Assembly (NCBI GenBank): GCA_965644265.1
Contig: OZ286476.1
Coordinates: 48,298,001 to 48,362,000 of the forward strand
DNA from: Glycera tridactyla
Lineage: Eukaryota
Length of the DNA: 64,000 bases
Direction of reading: 5' to 3'
Shown here one piece after another: positions 35,771-48,130 of the stretch; the stretch's first letter is position 1, and every line of letters begins with the position of its first letter. The translations under genes and the position numbers were made by a program. The notes under the pieces are model-generated. The model did not search any database, was not told the origin of the DNA, and saw only the letters and a program-made list of their open reading frames with translations.

Positions 35771-37090
35771 AACAAGGCCACAGAGAGGCAAGATACCCCG
35801 CACACGGTAGCACAGTGGGTCACCCATATCGTACACGGGAGCAAAGTGGGTTACCCATATCGGAAAAGTTCAGTGAGATGTTTGGTTGGCTATGTGATAA
35901 GTCACTGGATCACTGTGTAGAATGTGAAAATCTAATACCACCTCTCTATAAAGACCACCTGAGCTGTGACCGTGGTAGTATTTTCAACAGTAAAAGACCT
36001 CTCTATAAAGACCACCTGCCCATAAAGACCGCTTTTTGATGCAACCAAAGGCGGTCTTTATAGACAGGTTCGACTGTAGTAGCACCTGTAACATTCACCT
36101 TGACCTATTACTTAGGGTCACATGCATTGAAAGAGCGATGTTATTGTGTGAGATCCGGATATTAAAAATAGCTCCGGTGACCTTGACATTTGACCTAGGG
36201 TCACACGTATCGAGAGAAGGTCATTACTTTGTGTATGTTTGGTGCATATTGATCAATGCAAGACTGAGCTGGAGTGTAAAATGAGAAAATCTATAAATAG
36301 CTCCTGTGACCTTGACCTTTTGACCTAGGGTCACCTACATCGAAAGGGAGATGTCCCATCATTGGATCACTGAGCTGTGTAAATTTGGTCAATATCCATC
36401 AAAGCTAGATTAAGTTATAGTGTGAAAAAAGAAAATCTATGAATAGCTCCTGTGACCTTGCCCTATGACCTAGGGTCACATGCATCGAAAGGGAGGTGGC
36501 CCACTACAGGGTGAATTATTTGTGTAGGTTTAGTGCATCTCCATCCATGCTAGCTTGAGTTGGTGCGTAAAATAAGAAAATCTATAAATAGCTCCTGTGA
36601 CCTTGACCTTTGACCTGGGGTCAAATGCATCAAAAGGGAGGTAGCCCACCAATGAGTGATTATTTTATGTAAGTCTGGTGCATATCTATCGAGGCTAGCT
36701 TGAGTTAGAGTGTAAAATAAGACAATCTATAAATAGCTCCTGTGACCTTGACCTTTGACCTAGGGTCACATGCATCGAAAGGGAGGTGGTCCACCATTGG
36801 GTAATCACTTTGTGTAAGTTTGGTATATATCCATTAATGTTAGCTTGAGTTAGTGTAAAATGGGAAAATCTATTGAGGCTAGCTTGAGTTGGAGTGTAAA
36901 ATAAGAAAATCTATAAATAGCTCATGTGACCTTGACCTTTGACCTAGGGTCACATGCATCGAAAGGGAGGTGGTCCATTATTGGGTGATTACTTTATGTA
37001 CGGTAAGTCTGGTGCATATCCATTATGGCTAGCTTGAGTTAGGGTGTAAAATAAGAAAATCTATAAATAGCACATGTAACCTTGACCTTT
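35771..37090 (+). mobile_element. HINE-like element (same family as 10.6-11.3 kb) with an expanded approx. 145-bp internal tandem array; 3' end missing
   Basis: Starts AACAAGGCC. The leader matches 10628-10740. CTATAAATAGCTCCTGTGACCTTGACC units recur at 36291, 36437, 36582, 36727, 36911 and 37061. Confidence 0.8.
35940..36076. mobile_element. AAAGACCACC-subfamily MITE nested in the HINE (left TIR damaged)
   Basis: CCACCTCTCTATAAAGACCACC ... ACAGGTTCGACTG|TA. Confidence 0.8.
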
Positions 37091-38861
37091 CAGATATTTG
37101 GTTTGATTGATTGATGTGTGCCTCTTCTGTGGCTCAACATCCAAATTGAACAGAGATCATCAGCATTATCTACGGTAGGTTTTACTGAACCAACTGTTAA
37201 GACTTCATTCATTCTGCAAGCACCCCTGGGAGGGGTCTCGGCAGAGTAATTCAGGTATGTACTTAAGGTGGGGATATCTTTGCGGCCACTTGGGGCTAAC
37301 CTTCAGCATGCTTTTACCCTCACTGAAAGGCTTATAGCACAAGCGGTATCACCTCTCACCCCTGGCATGTTTCTCTTCATGGTGTTCACTGATAATGCCA
37401 CATCCACAGGGAACAGTCCAGAGAAAGACTATGCATGCAGGCACATNNNNNNNNNNNNNNNNNNNNNNNNNNNNNNNNNNNNNNNNNNNNNNNNNNNNNN
37501 NNNNNNNNNNNNNNNNNNNNNNNNNNNNNNNNNNNNNNNNNNNNNNNNNNNNNNNNNNNNNNNNNNNNNNNNNNNNNNNNNNNNNNNNNNNNNNNNNNNN
37601 NNNNNNNNNNNNNNNNNNNGTTTTTTCTGTATTCAAGACAATGGGTGATAGGAGGATCCTTATTTTGACAGGTGAAAATGTTACAGTGATGTACACGGAA
37701 TCCAAACAGTTCAACAGAAGATATCTCTTCAAACTGCAGCCTAGTCTTACACTCTTACTTTCAGTCATATTATTCTAGCTGTGTACATAGATATGATGGA
37801 ATTCAACCTGCTGACCTACTGAGTAATGCGCAGTAGCATTGTGCAAGTTATAGGAGAAACAGATGGCCACCGGATACCGGTAAGAGTCTACAAAGTGTCA
37901 AAAGATTGTTTTCTACAATACCAATGACTCGCTCTCTGTGTTAGAAAAGATCCACTTATATATCCTGTGTAGGAAAAAAAAACAGTTTCATTCCTCAGTG
38001 TTTATAGAGTCATTGATATCGGCATTTAGAAGTATGGGCAAGTTCTTTCCTTCCTCAATCGGAATGCATATAGGTGTCTCAACCTCCAGAACTCAAGAAA
38101 ATATATGCATTGGATATGAGGAATATATAGGTATGGCATTTGCATGGATTTGTTTCAACATGTGAGATGTTATAAGAAACCCACATATTAAACAAGAATA
38201 TAGTCTACCATTGTTTATCAGGCCCTATGAACTTGTAGATAATAGTTGCAAATAGATTGTCCTTGGTTCCAAGTTGATTCATGATGAAATCAATTCACCT
38301 CACTTTTTGAACGATGTGGAGAAATGATCACGACGTTTCGACCACTCTACAAGCGATCTTGATCATGTGATGGATCAACAGCTTCAAACTGCTGCTTGTA
38401 GATAATACTTTATGGGCATTTCAAGTTATCAAGTTATCAAGAATTGGAAGCTCTATGTCCCTTATAGCACAGGGCAAGAACATGGGATATCCCTGTATAA
38501 CGACACATGCAAAATATTTAGAGCCATGATAAGGCTGTCATACAGGAGACTGAACTGACTGTAGCTTGTTTAGTATTGCAGAAGATGTGAGAAGTTCAGG
38601 GCTCAGACCTTGGCATGCTGTCTGTTGTAGTAGGTCATCTCAGAATAATTAACTTACATGTAAAGCATGCCCCACCCACCCCTAGCTCTACTTACATTAG
38701 TATGATTTTTTTCCCTGGCCAATACTACAGACCATAGTGCATTTCATGTCTAGTTTGACTTCCAGTTGCCACTTGCCAAGACAGTGCACCGAGAGACCCA
38801 TGCGGAAAGACCACATGCTTTGAAAGACCACTTCTTTTATTGACAAATTTTCAGAGGGCAA

Positions 38862-39070
38862 CCGTATATACTCTTATATAAGCCCATTTTTTGACACCAA
38901 AATATCGGGGCAAAAGAAGGGAGGGGGCTTATACACGAGTATAAATTTCGTCAGAGCCAATATCAATGTAAACAAAGAGCAGTGGTGGCCTCGCTAGCAG
39001 TCGCCACCATGGAAGAACACATGCAAATATCATAAAATTTAATAAGGTTCCCGGCCGAATAAAAGCTGAT
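38862..39070 (+). mobile_element. Left end of a Tc2-like (Tc1/mariner) element
   Basis: Begins CCGTATATACTCTTATATAAGCCC with a later inverted GGGCTTATACACGAGTATA. CCGTA termini are characteristic of Tc2-type elements. No right TIR was found. Confidence 0.45.
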
Positions 39071-39449
39071 CAATGCAAAACATTTTTCAGCAATATTGTT
39101 ATAATTCACATTTTCCTACACATTTCACTATACATTGGACCTACCAAGCAAGAACCCCTGATGGGAGACCACCTGTTTTGAGAGATCACTTCCCTTGGTC
39201 TTTTTCCATCGACAAATATACCTTGAGGTAGACCACAAAGTTTGAAAGACTATTGCTTGACATTCAGGGGAGATTCTCATCACAGGTTTCACTGTAAACT
39301 GTACCTGTGGTGAGATGCCGTGAGACCATCTGTCTAGAGAGACCATTCCATTAGGAGTGTTCATATTTGAGGGAGTACTGTTTATCATTTAGTTGACTCT
39401 TCCTCACTGAAAAAAGCCAAGATTAGGCAGAGTTGAGATGTAAAAGATA

Positions 39450-39625
39450 CAGTCAAACCTGTTTATAGACCACCTTTGGTCACATCACAAAATTGTCTTC
39501 ACAAGCAGGTGGTCTTTGTAGAGGGATTGTATACTGTTGAAAGTAATATTACAGTCGCAACTCAGGGTAGTCTCTATAAGCAGGTGGTCTTTATAGAGAG
39601 GTGGTCTTCCAAGCAAGTTTGACTG
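39450..39625. mobile_element. 176-bp MITE, AAAGACCACC subfamily (diverged)
   Basis: TA|CAGTCAAACCTG ... CAAGTTTGACTG|TA. Confidence 0.85.
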
Positions 39626-40003
39626 TATCTATCTCCCTGATCCTGAGTTTGATTCCAGCCCATGTAACCCGGGGATGTAATGAGGTCTTACCTGAGTCAG
39701 TTTGAAATGAATGTAAGATGGAATGAACAACAAATTGTAATCCAAATTGTACAAAAATGAATGACCTCCTTCAAATGCATCTCCAAATCAAACATATTGT
39801 ATATTGGCGATCACAACTTGTAATCCAAATTGTAGAATATTCAGTAGACTTGATTGACTTTAGACACGGAGTGGAATTGGTTGAGTATACTGTTACTCGT
39901 CAGACATGCATGATTGAACCGTGTTGACACTGCATGTAGGTCAGATCAGGGGTGGTTGCAATGATAGCAGAGGTGCCAGAAGTGAATGCATGCAAAGACT
40001 GTA

Positions 40004-40296
40004 CAGTCAAACCTGTTCACATTGCGGATAATTGGGCTTTGTAGACAGGTGAACCTTGTAAATAGGTTGTTTGATGTATGAAATACTATATGCACATGCC
40101 ACTCAGTATGGCCTTTGTAGGCAGGTGTATATACAGTCAAACCTGCCGATAAAAACCACCTTCAGTGGTCTTTACATGCAGGTCGTCTTTATAGAGTGGT
40201 TGTATACTGTTGAAAGTACTATTAGTCGCAACTCAGGGTGGTCTTTATAGGCAGGTGGTCTTTATAGAGAGGTAGTTTTTAGAGCAGGTTTGACTA
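40004..40296. mobile_element. Two stacked MITEs: a left end at 40004 and a second, near-complete copy at 40134-40296
   Basis: TA|CAGTCAAACCTG at both 40004 and 40134; the right end is GAGCAGGTTTGACTA. Confidence 0.75.
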
Positions 40297-40401
40297 TGTA
40301 TATTATAATTCAGTACCGTTTCAGGTGAAATGAAAATCTCTATCCAAAATCTAGGTCTTTCACCCTAGAATGGCAAGGGTCGACAGTGGAATCAAGTAAA
40401 T

Positions 40402-40610
40402 CAGGGCTTTATGCTAAAGCCTGCTCTACTGGCACGGATAGGTAGATTTAAAGTTAGGGGATGTGAGTTTATCTGTCCACTTAATAAACCATCATTCAGT
40501 CCATGCTTACATGCAAGGGAGCAGGGAAAAATTTGGGGAGAGCAGGTGAAAATCTGACTTCACATGCCCTGAGTTCAGTTGGAGAAAAAAGGTTGATGTG
40601 GAGCATTGTA
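40402..40610 (-). mobile_element. CAGGGCT MITE, reverse orientation
   Basis: CAGGGCTTTATGCTAAAGCCTGCTCTACTGG is the reverse complement of the family right end. Internal GCAGGTGAAAA and GGAGAAAAAAG match 15346-15550 reversed. Confidence 0.6.
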
Positions 40611-40675
40611 AATGGTACTATGGTCAAAGAGAAGGGTAGGGAATGTGATTGGATATTGTGGAATGTATTCAGGAA

Positions 40676-40720
<45 letters not shown>

Positions 40721-41782
40721 CGTACTGTTCAACATTTCTTCAACCCAGGCTCTTTCATGAGACAGGAGAGATGAACTGATTCCCAAATATTTTGTCTAAC
40801 ATATGCAAGCATCGTGGACATTGTCAGAGAAAGTATTTGATATAATAACTAGTGTTGGGATTTGATTCATTCTTCATGTTTGAAGTTTGATTTTCAGAAC
40901 CAAACAAACTTCAAACAATGTCTGATTTCTACCATATTTTCGGACACACATACTTAACCTATGACTTGTAAATGAAAGAATGTTATGTTATGTTATGTTA
41001 TGTTACTTTGATGGGCAAATTCTTCTATCCAACTCCTAATTATTGTAGTCTTCCTTTGCAAGTTCAACTACATTCTATATCAGAGGATTTTTGAATTTCA
41101 ACACACAAATGATAACCGAAACTACCATTCTACCATCATTTCTAAATAAAACACAGTTCAGTGACAGTGCAGTGAACTGACTGATCACTCACAAGGGGGT
41201 AGAAGCTGCAAATTTATCAAACTGCCACATTGATAGAGCTAGGGAGTTGACAATTGTAAACTGAAATTATTAGGAAAATTCTGAAAGAAATAACATTCAG
41301 GAGTTGAGTCAATAATTACAAACTGAAAACTTGCCTTGTGCCAGGCTTAATTCAGTTTCCATGGTAACCAATTATTTTCCATTTACTCATGGAGCACATT
41401 TGTTCCAACATGTGGCTCATGAAGGGAGCAAGGTGAGCTGATGTAATGGTCAGATGTGGATGGTCCACTCTGAAATAAATATGTGTGGTCGGTTAGAAGT
41501 GGTTCAGAGGGATGTAGATGAATCGAACATTGACTTGGCATTCGAATATTTGATTTGTTGGAGCTATCGAAACGACATCGGCTATAGTCGAACATCGGCC
41601 ATCGAATATCGAACATCAATGATAATAAGCCAGTCTGCAGCACTCAGTGGACATACCATACATTCACATCTTTGGAGCTGTCTGATTAGCTGTGATATCA
41701 CAATATCTCAGAGTTTCTAATCAATTTCCAGTTGCACACCTTGACTGAGGGTAGTGAACAGCCTTCAGATAAGATGCACACC

Positions 41783-43173
41783 TAGAGGTGTCACGATCAT
41801 CGAGTATGCTCAATTATCAATCAATCTCGACGGATACGTAGACAATTGATTGCGGGAGTGTGGAATCGACTTAATCGGAACCTGACATGGACGCAATGAA
41901 AAGGGCCGAAAAATACGTAAAAGCGATGAAATCGCATGTATATCTATCATCTCTGAGCAACAACAAACCAGTGCAATCTTGAAAAATCCGAACTCGTCTT
42001 GTCTCGCGGATTGTTCGAGACTTCAAACATGACTAAGGCCACATATATTATGAAAATCTATGCAAATGAGGCCAGATCTAGCACATTGCGAGAGCTTAGA
42101 CGTGAGCCGGGGTTCCTTTTTGCAAACATGGCGGCGCACGTTGACAAAGATGCTGCTCAATCCAAGGTTTTCGGCGAATATTCGAGGGATATTCGAGATT
42201 TATGAATGGATGCTGTACAATTGGATATCCAGGAGTTTAGTCATATGATCGTTTTCACTGTGAGCTCTATAATTCACGCCGACCATCGTTGTGTTCACTC
42301 GCGGGAACCACATATCAGAGATGCATTCTAGTTGTCAATGCCGACAGCCACCTTCATTTATGACGAAACTATTCAAAATATCAATATGCCATCTTCACAC
42401 ACGTTATTTGTCGTATTTTCACACTTTTAGCAACATGCTTACAATCGATAATAATCGATAATCGATCAGTTTGGCCAACCGAGAATCGATCGTGAAAATA
42501 CAACCAATTCCCAACACTATGCACACCCATTCAAATAAAGTCAATTTTCCACTCAGGCAAGTTTTCTTATTAAGGGTTAGCATCTTAAGCAGACCAACCA
42601 GTTTCACAATATAATTTCAACAGCAGCTTGAAGATACATGTCTTTAAATCCCAGCAAACCAAAATAACAACCAACCATCCACTACCTGCGCAATCAATGA
42701 AAAAAGCAGTTGTTCACGATGCCAAATTTTCACTTGCATCGAGTGACTTAGTAACCAGGAATCTCAATCTAGGCATGTCCCAATCACTGATTTTGTGACC
42801 GATGGGACTTCAGAGGAACCTGTAATAAGGCCCACTAGCAAAAGATCACCTCTGATGGGAGATTGTATCTCACCTCCAATGAGGGACCACAACTTATACA
42901 AAACCATTTCTTGGTGCTGTTAAGCTTGGTCTCTATTTGTGTTCAGACTTGGTAGCAAAAGCTCGGTTGCGATTGATTATCAATGAAATATTTGGAGTTC
43001 GAACTCCCCTGGCTGACTTCAAAATACAGAAAAAGTTCCTTTGAAATAATAACTTTGTGCCATTTATTATTGGCAATAAACTTGATCAATTATCAACTTG
43101 CATCATCGATTAATCGAGTCGGACCTCTCAATGATGCAATAATCGATATAATCATGTAATTGTTGCAGCACTA
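41783..43173. mobile_element. hAT-like non-autonomous element with TAGxGxTGxxACxAT termini and ATCGAT-rich subterminal repeats
   Basis: Left end TAGAGGTGTCACGAT, right end (reverse complement) TAGTGCTGCAACAAT. ATCGAT clusters lie at about 42445-42492 and 43085-43150. No 8-bp TSD is visible. Confidence 0.45.
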
Positions 43174-44662
43174 GTCTCTATGCAACACTGTAGCATGATA
43201 ATTTCAAAACCTCTTGAAACCAAACTGAAGAATCATAAGTGTTATGAGCATATCAATTCTCTCCGAAAGAAGTATTCTTGAGTTTCATTAGCAATATATG
43301 TTCCTATCATAGGAACATGCCTTTTTCTTATGCAACATTCACCTATATGTGCTTATTTACAGAAACCACATTTTACTGGGGTATTAGATCAATAACTTTA
43401 TGTAGCAAATTTGGCTATAGCAATCATCCAATTTCTAGCCAAATTGCTTACACTATGGTCATGAGAAAACTTGAATTTTTGACCATCACCTTCATTTCAG
43501 ACTGATACATTGAGCTGCAGCCATGAGAATTTGGTTTCCTGGCTGACAAATATCTTTTCACACAGGTTTCTCATGGGTACATGAGCTACATGAGAGGGTA
43601 CAGTCCACATTCTCATTACCTCCAGTCAAATTCCTTTCAGCCAGTTTGGCTGGAATCATCCAGCCATTTTTTGGCTAACTGCTAAACTTATGAGGTCGAA
43701 TTTGCAGAAATATGGATACATTTTCTGTAAGATATACTCAAAAGTATCTCATCTGAAAAATCCAGTAGAAGATTTCTGTCAATTTCTTAACTTTTTTCAC
43801 AGGACATTTTTGTTCAACCTGCCAGCTGAGGTCTCTTGCCCAGTCCTTGTACTACTTCTACATCTATGAAGGTCATGACCTACTGGAGATGAAGTGTTGG
43901 TGATGTAGCTATAAACATGGCTGACATGCTAAACTAGTGGAGTTGATAGTGTACAGATGTCTGGCCATGTAAATCTCAGCCATAGATACTATTGGATGAG
44001 ATGGTAAAAACCATACAGATATTTATTCCTATGCAAATAAGAATGGTCTTCAATGATTCTCCTGAGACAGCTGCTAATAGGAGACATTTAATTTGATCCT
44101 ATTTAATGAGTCAATATAAAGTAATGTCTTTATCTTGGTGGTTTTCCAAAGTGTAGACTCTATACATCCAATTCAATGCAAAAGAAATCAAACCTCCTGT
44201 TAGATTTACAAAAACATGATTAAGACACGCAGCCACAACCTGTCTGCCTGCCAGATCCAATTTAGCGCTGTAATAAAATGAGACAAGGGTCTCTGAGGAT
44301 GAGGAGTAGTTTACTAAGTATTTCAACACATGGCAGACGGTCTGGGCCACCTAAACAGCCAGCTATCCACACCAACATCCAGTATGGTCTGCACAAACTT
44401 CAGGCTGGCAGTACAGATAGCAGCGGCACTCTGCCAGAACAAATCACACACCGCCTGTACTTGCTGTTTCTCCAGAGTGAAACATAAACAGGCAAACAGG
44501 CACGTGGATTCGAGCACCTGGAGGCAGGGTCAACACTTGATAGCCTATAAAGTGGCTCAATCCACTCCAGAACTCTTATCCAAATTAGCACTGATTACCA
44601 CCATACAAAAACATACTTACACCGATGTATTCTCACAAGAATGATGATGCATCTGTGGGACC

Positions 44663-45028
44663 CCAGAGTGAGTCCTGTGATGCATCATGAGGTCCAGAGT
44701 GAGTCCTGTGATGCATCATGAGGTCCAGAGTGAGTCCTGTGATGCATCATGAGGTCCAGAGTGAGTCCTGTGATGCATCATGAGGTCCAGAGTGAGTCCT
44801 GTGATGCATCATGAGGTCCAGAGTGAGTCCTGTGATGCATCATGAGGTCCAGAGTGAGTCCTGTGATGCATCATGAGGTCCAGTGTGTCCTGTGATGCAT
44901 CATGAGGTCCAGTGTGAGTCCTGTGATGCATCATGAGGTCCAGTGTGAGTCCTGTGATGCATCATGAGGTCCAGAGTGAGTCCTGTGATGCATCATGAGG
45001 TCCAGAGTGAGTCCTGTGATGCATCATG
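44663..45028. repeat. 31-bp minisatellite, 12 copies
   Basis: Unit CCAGAGTGAGTCCTGTGATGCATCATGAGGT at 44663, 44694 and onward to 45002; one unit is 29 bp. Confidence 0.97.
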
Positions 45029-45813
45029 CGAGTCCTGATATGGTTAAGAGGGTGCCAGAAATGTATTTCATTTCAAATAGCTATTTAATGCAAAAACACA
45101 TGTTTATAAAGTGATGAATATATAGTTTTATCATCTCAGATCACACTAGTGCATGGGAACCACCATTTTCAGGCACTCATCAGTGACTTGACTGCTGAGT
45201 CCCCCTCCATCCAGACAAGCAGGATTAACCTGAAAATTCATCACTCTACTTGATCATGAAACAAATGGTAGTAAAGTGAAATTTATCCTGAGAATCAACA
45301 ATGCTGATATGATTAGTTGGTTGATCTGTTGTGTTTTTTTGTGTCACTTTTTCCTATGCATAACTAGATCAGGATTTCTTGGCCACTGCATTACATGCAG
45401 ATATAGTTGGTCTCATGATGTAGGATAGCTGCAGCCAAAATGCAGGCCACTGCAGCTGAGTAATTATCATATTTCCTTATTATTTTGATTCATTATTTTT
45501 GCCCATGTACTTCAGTCTCAATGTGTCTGTCACATATTCATCAGTGACAATCTTCTGTGGTGTACAAAGAGGGAGAACAACATCAGAGAACTGCTGGGAG
45601 CCCGGTCACAAGTCATCTTGAGGATATTGCAACTGATGGAAAATTGGTCAGTTTGAAGCACCCGTCAATATCCTAAATATCAATGCAATTCTGTCCACTC
45701 ATCATTAGCCAGATCAGGGCTATAAATTAACGTTCTCTTCAGCTGTCTTTTGGGGAGGTGAACTTTGATTTTTCACCTGCCCTCCCTGTCATTTTTACCT
45801 ATCCTCCAGTATA

Positions 45814-45991
45814 CAGTTGAACCTCCTCTAAAGACCACCTCTCTATAAAGACCAGCTCCCTATAAAGACCACCCTGAGCTGCGACCGTGGTAGTATTTTC
45901 AACAGTAAATGACCTCTCTATAAAGACCACCTCCCTATAAAGGCCACTTTTTGATGCGACCGAAGGTGGTCTTTATAGAGAGGTTCGACTG
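45814..45991. mobile_element. 178-bp MITE, AAAGACCACC subfamily
   Basis: TA|CAGTTGAACC ... GGTTCGACTG|TA; near-identical to 58244-58421. Confidence 0.95.
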
Positions 45992-45993
45992 TA

Positions 45994-46823
45994 CAGTCAA
46001 ACCTGCTCATAACGGCCACTGACGGTCCCGGCTGAAAGTGGCCGCTGTCGGGGTTTGGCCGCTATACACAGGCAGATTCGAATAACTGGGCCCAGTAGTG
46101 AACACATGTAAATCATACCAAATACTCCCAATATCACCCGCAAATCTTTCGCTGAATTAACGTCTATATTCGCCGAATCTTTTATGAGATACATGTCAAT
46201 GGCATGAAAAAGAATTCACTGTTGACAAAGCCGGTATTTTCATGAGAAATATCGCTTTTATTTGCCAGACACGGTAAAATTCGTGAGCTTTCGGCCATGC
46301 GAGACTGACTGCGTATAAAGTATATTTTGCTCCACATCCAGGAATTTCAGCACCCCGTGACTAGACACAACAATGGCGCCAGATCGCTATTAAAGAAGCC
46401 GGCCTTTCGTTTTTATCATGAAATACATGCCTATTTCATGTTGGCAAGTATTTCAGTGGCGGGCACCGCTTTATCATGGATGTTCACCATAAATCATTGA
46501 AGTATGCAGCACAAACGACATAACAATAGCTAGGGTAAGCCGTGAATCGACCTCTCTACCAGCTGTCAACATGGTTTTCTTTGTTCTATCGCCCGGGCGC
46601 CTTCTCAGATTACAGATTGCAATCAACAATTTTGAACGTTTGTGGCCGCTATTAGCAGGGTTTCTTAAGAAAGTTGGTCAAATATGATGGCCGTTGGCCG
46701 TAGTCAGGGATTGGCCACTACACAGAGGTGATTTATAGTGAACTTTTGACAGTCGCGGTCGGCAGTGGCTGTTATCGGCGAGTGGCCGCCGTACACAGGT
46801 GGCCGCTAATGCAGGGCTGACTG
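45994..46823. mobile_element. 830-bp non-autonomous Tc1/mariner-type element, GGCCGC/GGCCAC subfamily
   Basis: TA|CAGTCAAACCTGC ... GCAGGGCTGACTG|TA with reiterated TGGCCG(C/T) motifs in both subterminal regions. Confidence 0.85.
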
Positions 46824-47963
46824 TATAATCATGGCTGATTAATGGTAGGCAACCTGCCCATCTTGACTGATCAAATCACCTGCCCTAATAACAAATCTAC
46901 CTGCCTGTACCAGTAGGGCAGCCCTTAGCATAGAGCCCTGCGGACACCAGCACAGACATCAGCAGAAGTGATTTTTTTTTTTTGAGGTTTAACGGCATGT
47001 ATCAACCCACAGGATTATGTATGTCGTGTGTTCCTGGTCAATGAAAGCTAGATGTTCTCTCCCCTGCAGACATCACTCTCCCAAACCCTGGACACAAGAT
47101 GATGGGGAACCTGAAAGGTTGTCAAGTATGTTTGACAGTAATCATCGGAGATCTACCAGTACCAACCCAATCAAGATTCTTGACATTTGAATGGGACATA
47201 TCCTAGGGTTGAAAGGGTTGATTAGGGTTGCTTGTAAAGGGCTAATAATGTGAGTAATGTAATGGTATTTGTACAGCTGGGTGTTGTAGTGGTGGGGCTG
47301 CCATTCTCAACATTTAGCACTTGGGTATTCACAGGTGATGGCCACTAGCCCCAACACCTGCTCACCCCAGCCTCATTCACCCTGTCCAGAAGTGTCCTCA
47401 CACACTTACTATAGTCAGATTTGCCACCATATATATATATATACAGTGCGTATCTATGAATTAATTCATGCGGAGAAATTCACATTTGTGTTGAGGAGTC
47501 ACAGGTAATCACGCCTGTATGAATGTAGATTTCATTCTATTGTGTGGTCACACTCATGGCAGGTTTATCTGTATCATGATTATCATGTGGATGTACTGCT
47601 GACAGCACTAGGGATAATCATGATTACCCTGGTTATAAAGCGGGCACATTCTCCCCCCAGATCAGAATAACGTCATCAAACATCTTACACCTCCACACGC
47701 ACATGATCCCATGATCAAGGCTGATCCAAGGGCCAAGCGTACTGATATAGCACATGGGAGGCTAAGAAGTGCAATAAACTCCCAGCAAACTAATAGTGTT
47801 GTCCTCCGGTAGTTGAAGCTCTAATACCTGAATCAATAAAGGGCTGTTATTAATTTATCATTGTCATTGTCACTTTCATTTACTACTACCAATCGTGCCC
47901 TAGCATCGCAAATTTGAATGGAATTGAAGTGAATCTCACTGACGGTCATTGTTGACATATCTG

Positions 47964-48130
47964 GTTTGTTTGTTTGTTTGTTTGTTTGAGTTTAACGTCA
48001 CTTAAACCCGCTTGGGTTATATCGGACTGAAAAAAACTGAAAATGCTGAAGATAAGAGTCACTGCCTGCCGGGGGTCATCCCTACTCTTTGCGAAAGACA
48101 GCAGTGGATCTTTAACGTGCGTAAAGGAAA
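47964..48130 (-). mobile_element. SINE family C, 3' half with (CAAA)n tail
   Basis: Reverse complement reads GCACGTTAAAGATCCACTGCTGTCTTTCGCAAAGAGTAGGGATG...GACGTTAAACT(CAAA)n. Copies lie at about 54440-54611 (+) and 63855-64000 (-). Confidence 0.7.

Larger units (their letters stand above)
45715..46940 (+). mobile_element. CAGGGCT MITE split by two head-to-tail Tc1/mariner-type insertions
   Basis: The left part (45715-45813) and right part (46824-46940) match the uninterrupted copy at 15346-15550. Confidence 0.8.

Noticed and set aside
12830-39692. Three minus-strand AG|GTRAG sites (12831/30, 19058/57, 39692/91) as recursive splice points
   Set aside because: Roughly the number expected by chance or as ordinary exon ends; no enrichment can be shown without nascent-RNA data.
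44663-45028. CRISPR-like appearance (about 30-bp palindromic repeats)
   Set aside because: Units are contiguous with no unique spacers, there are no cas genes, and the context is eukaryotic.
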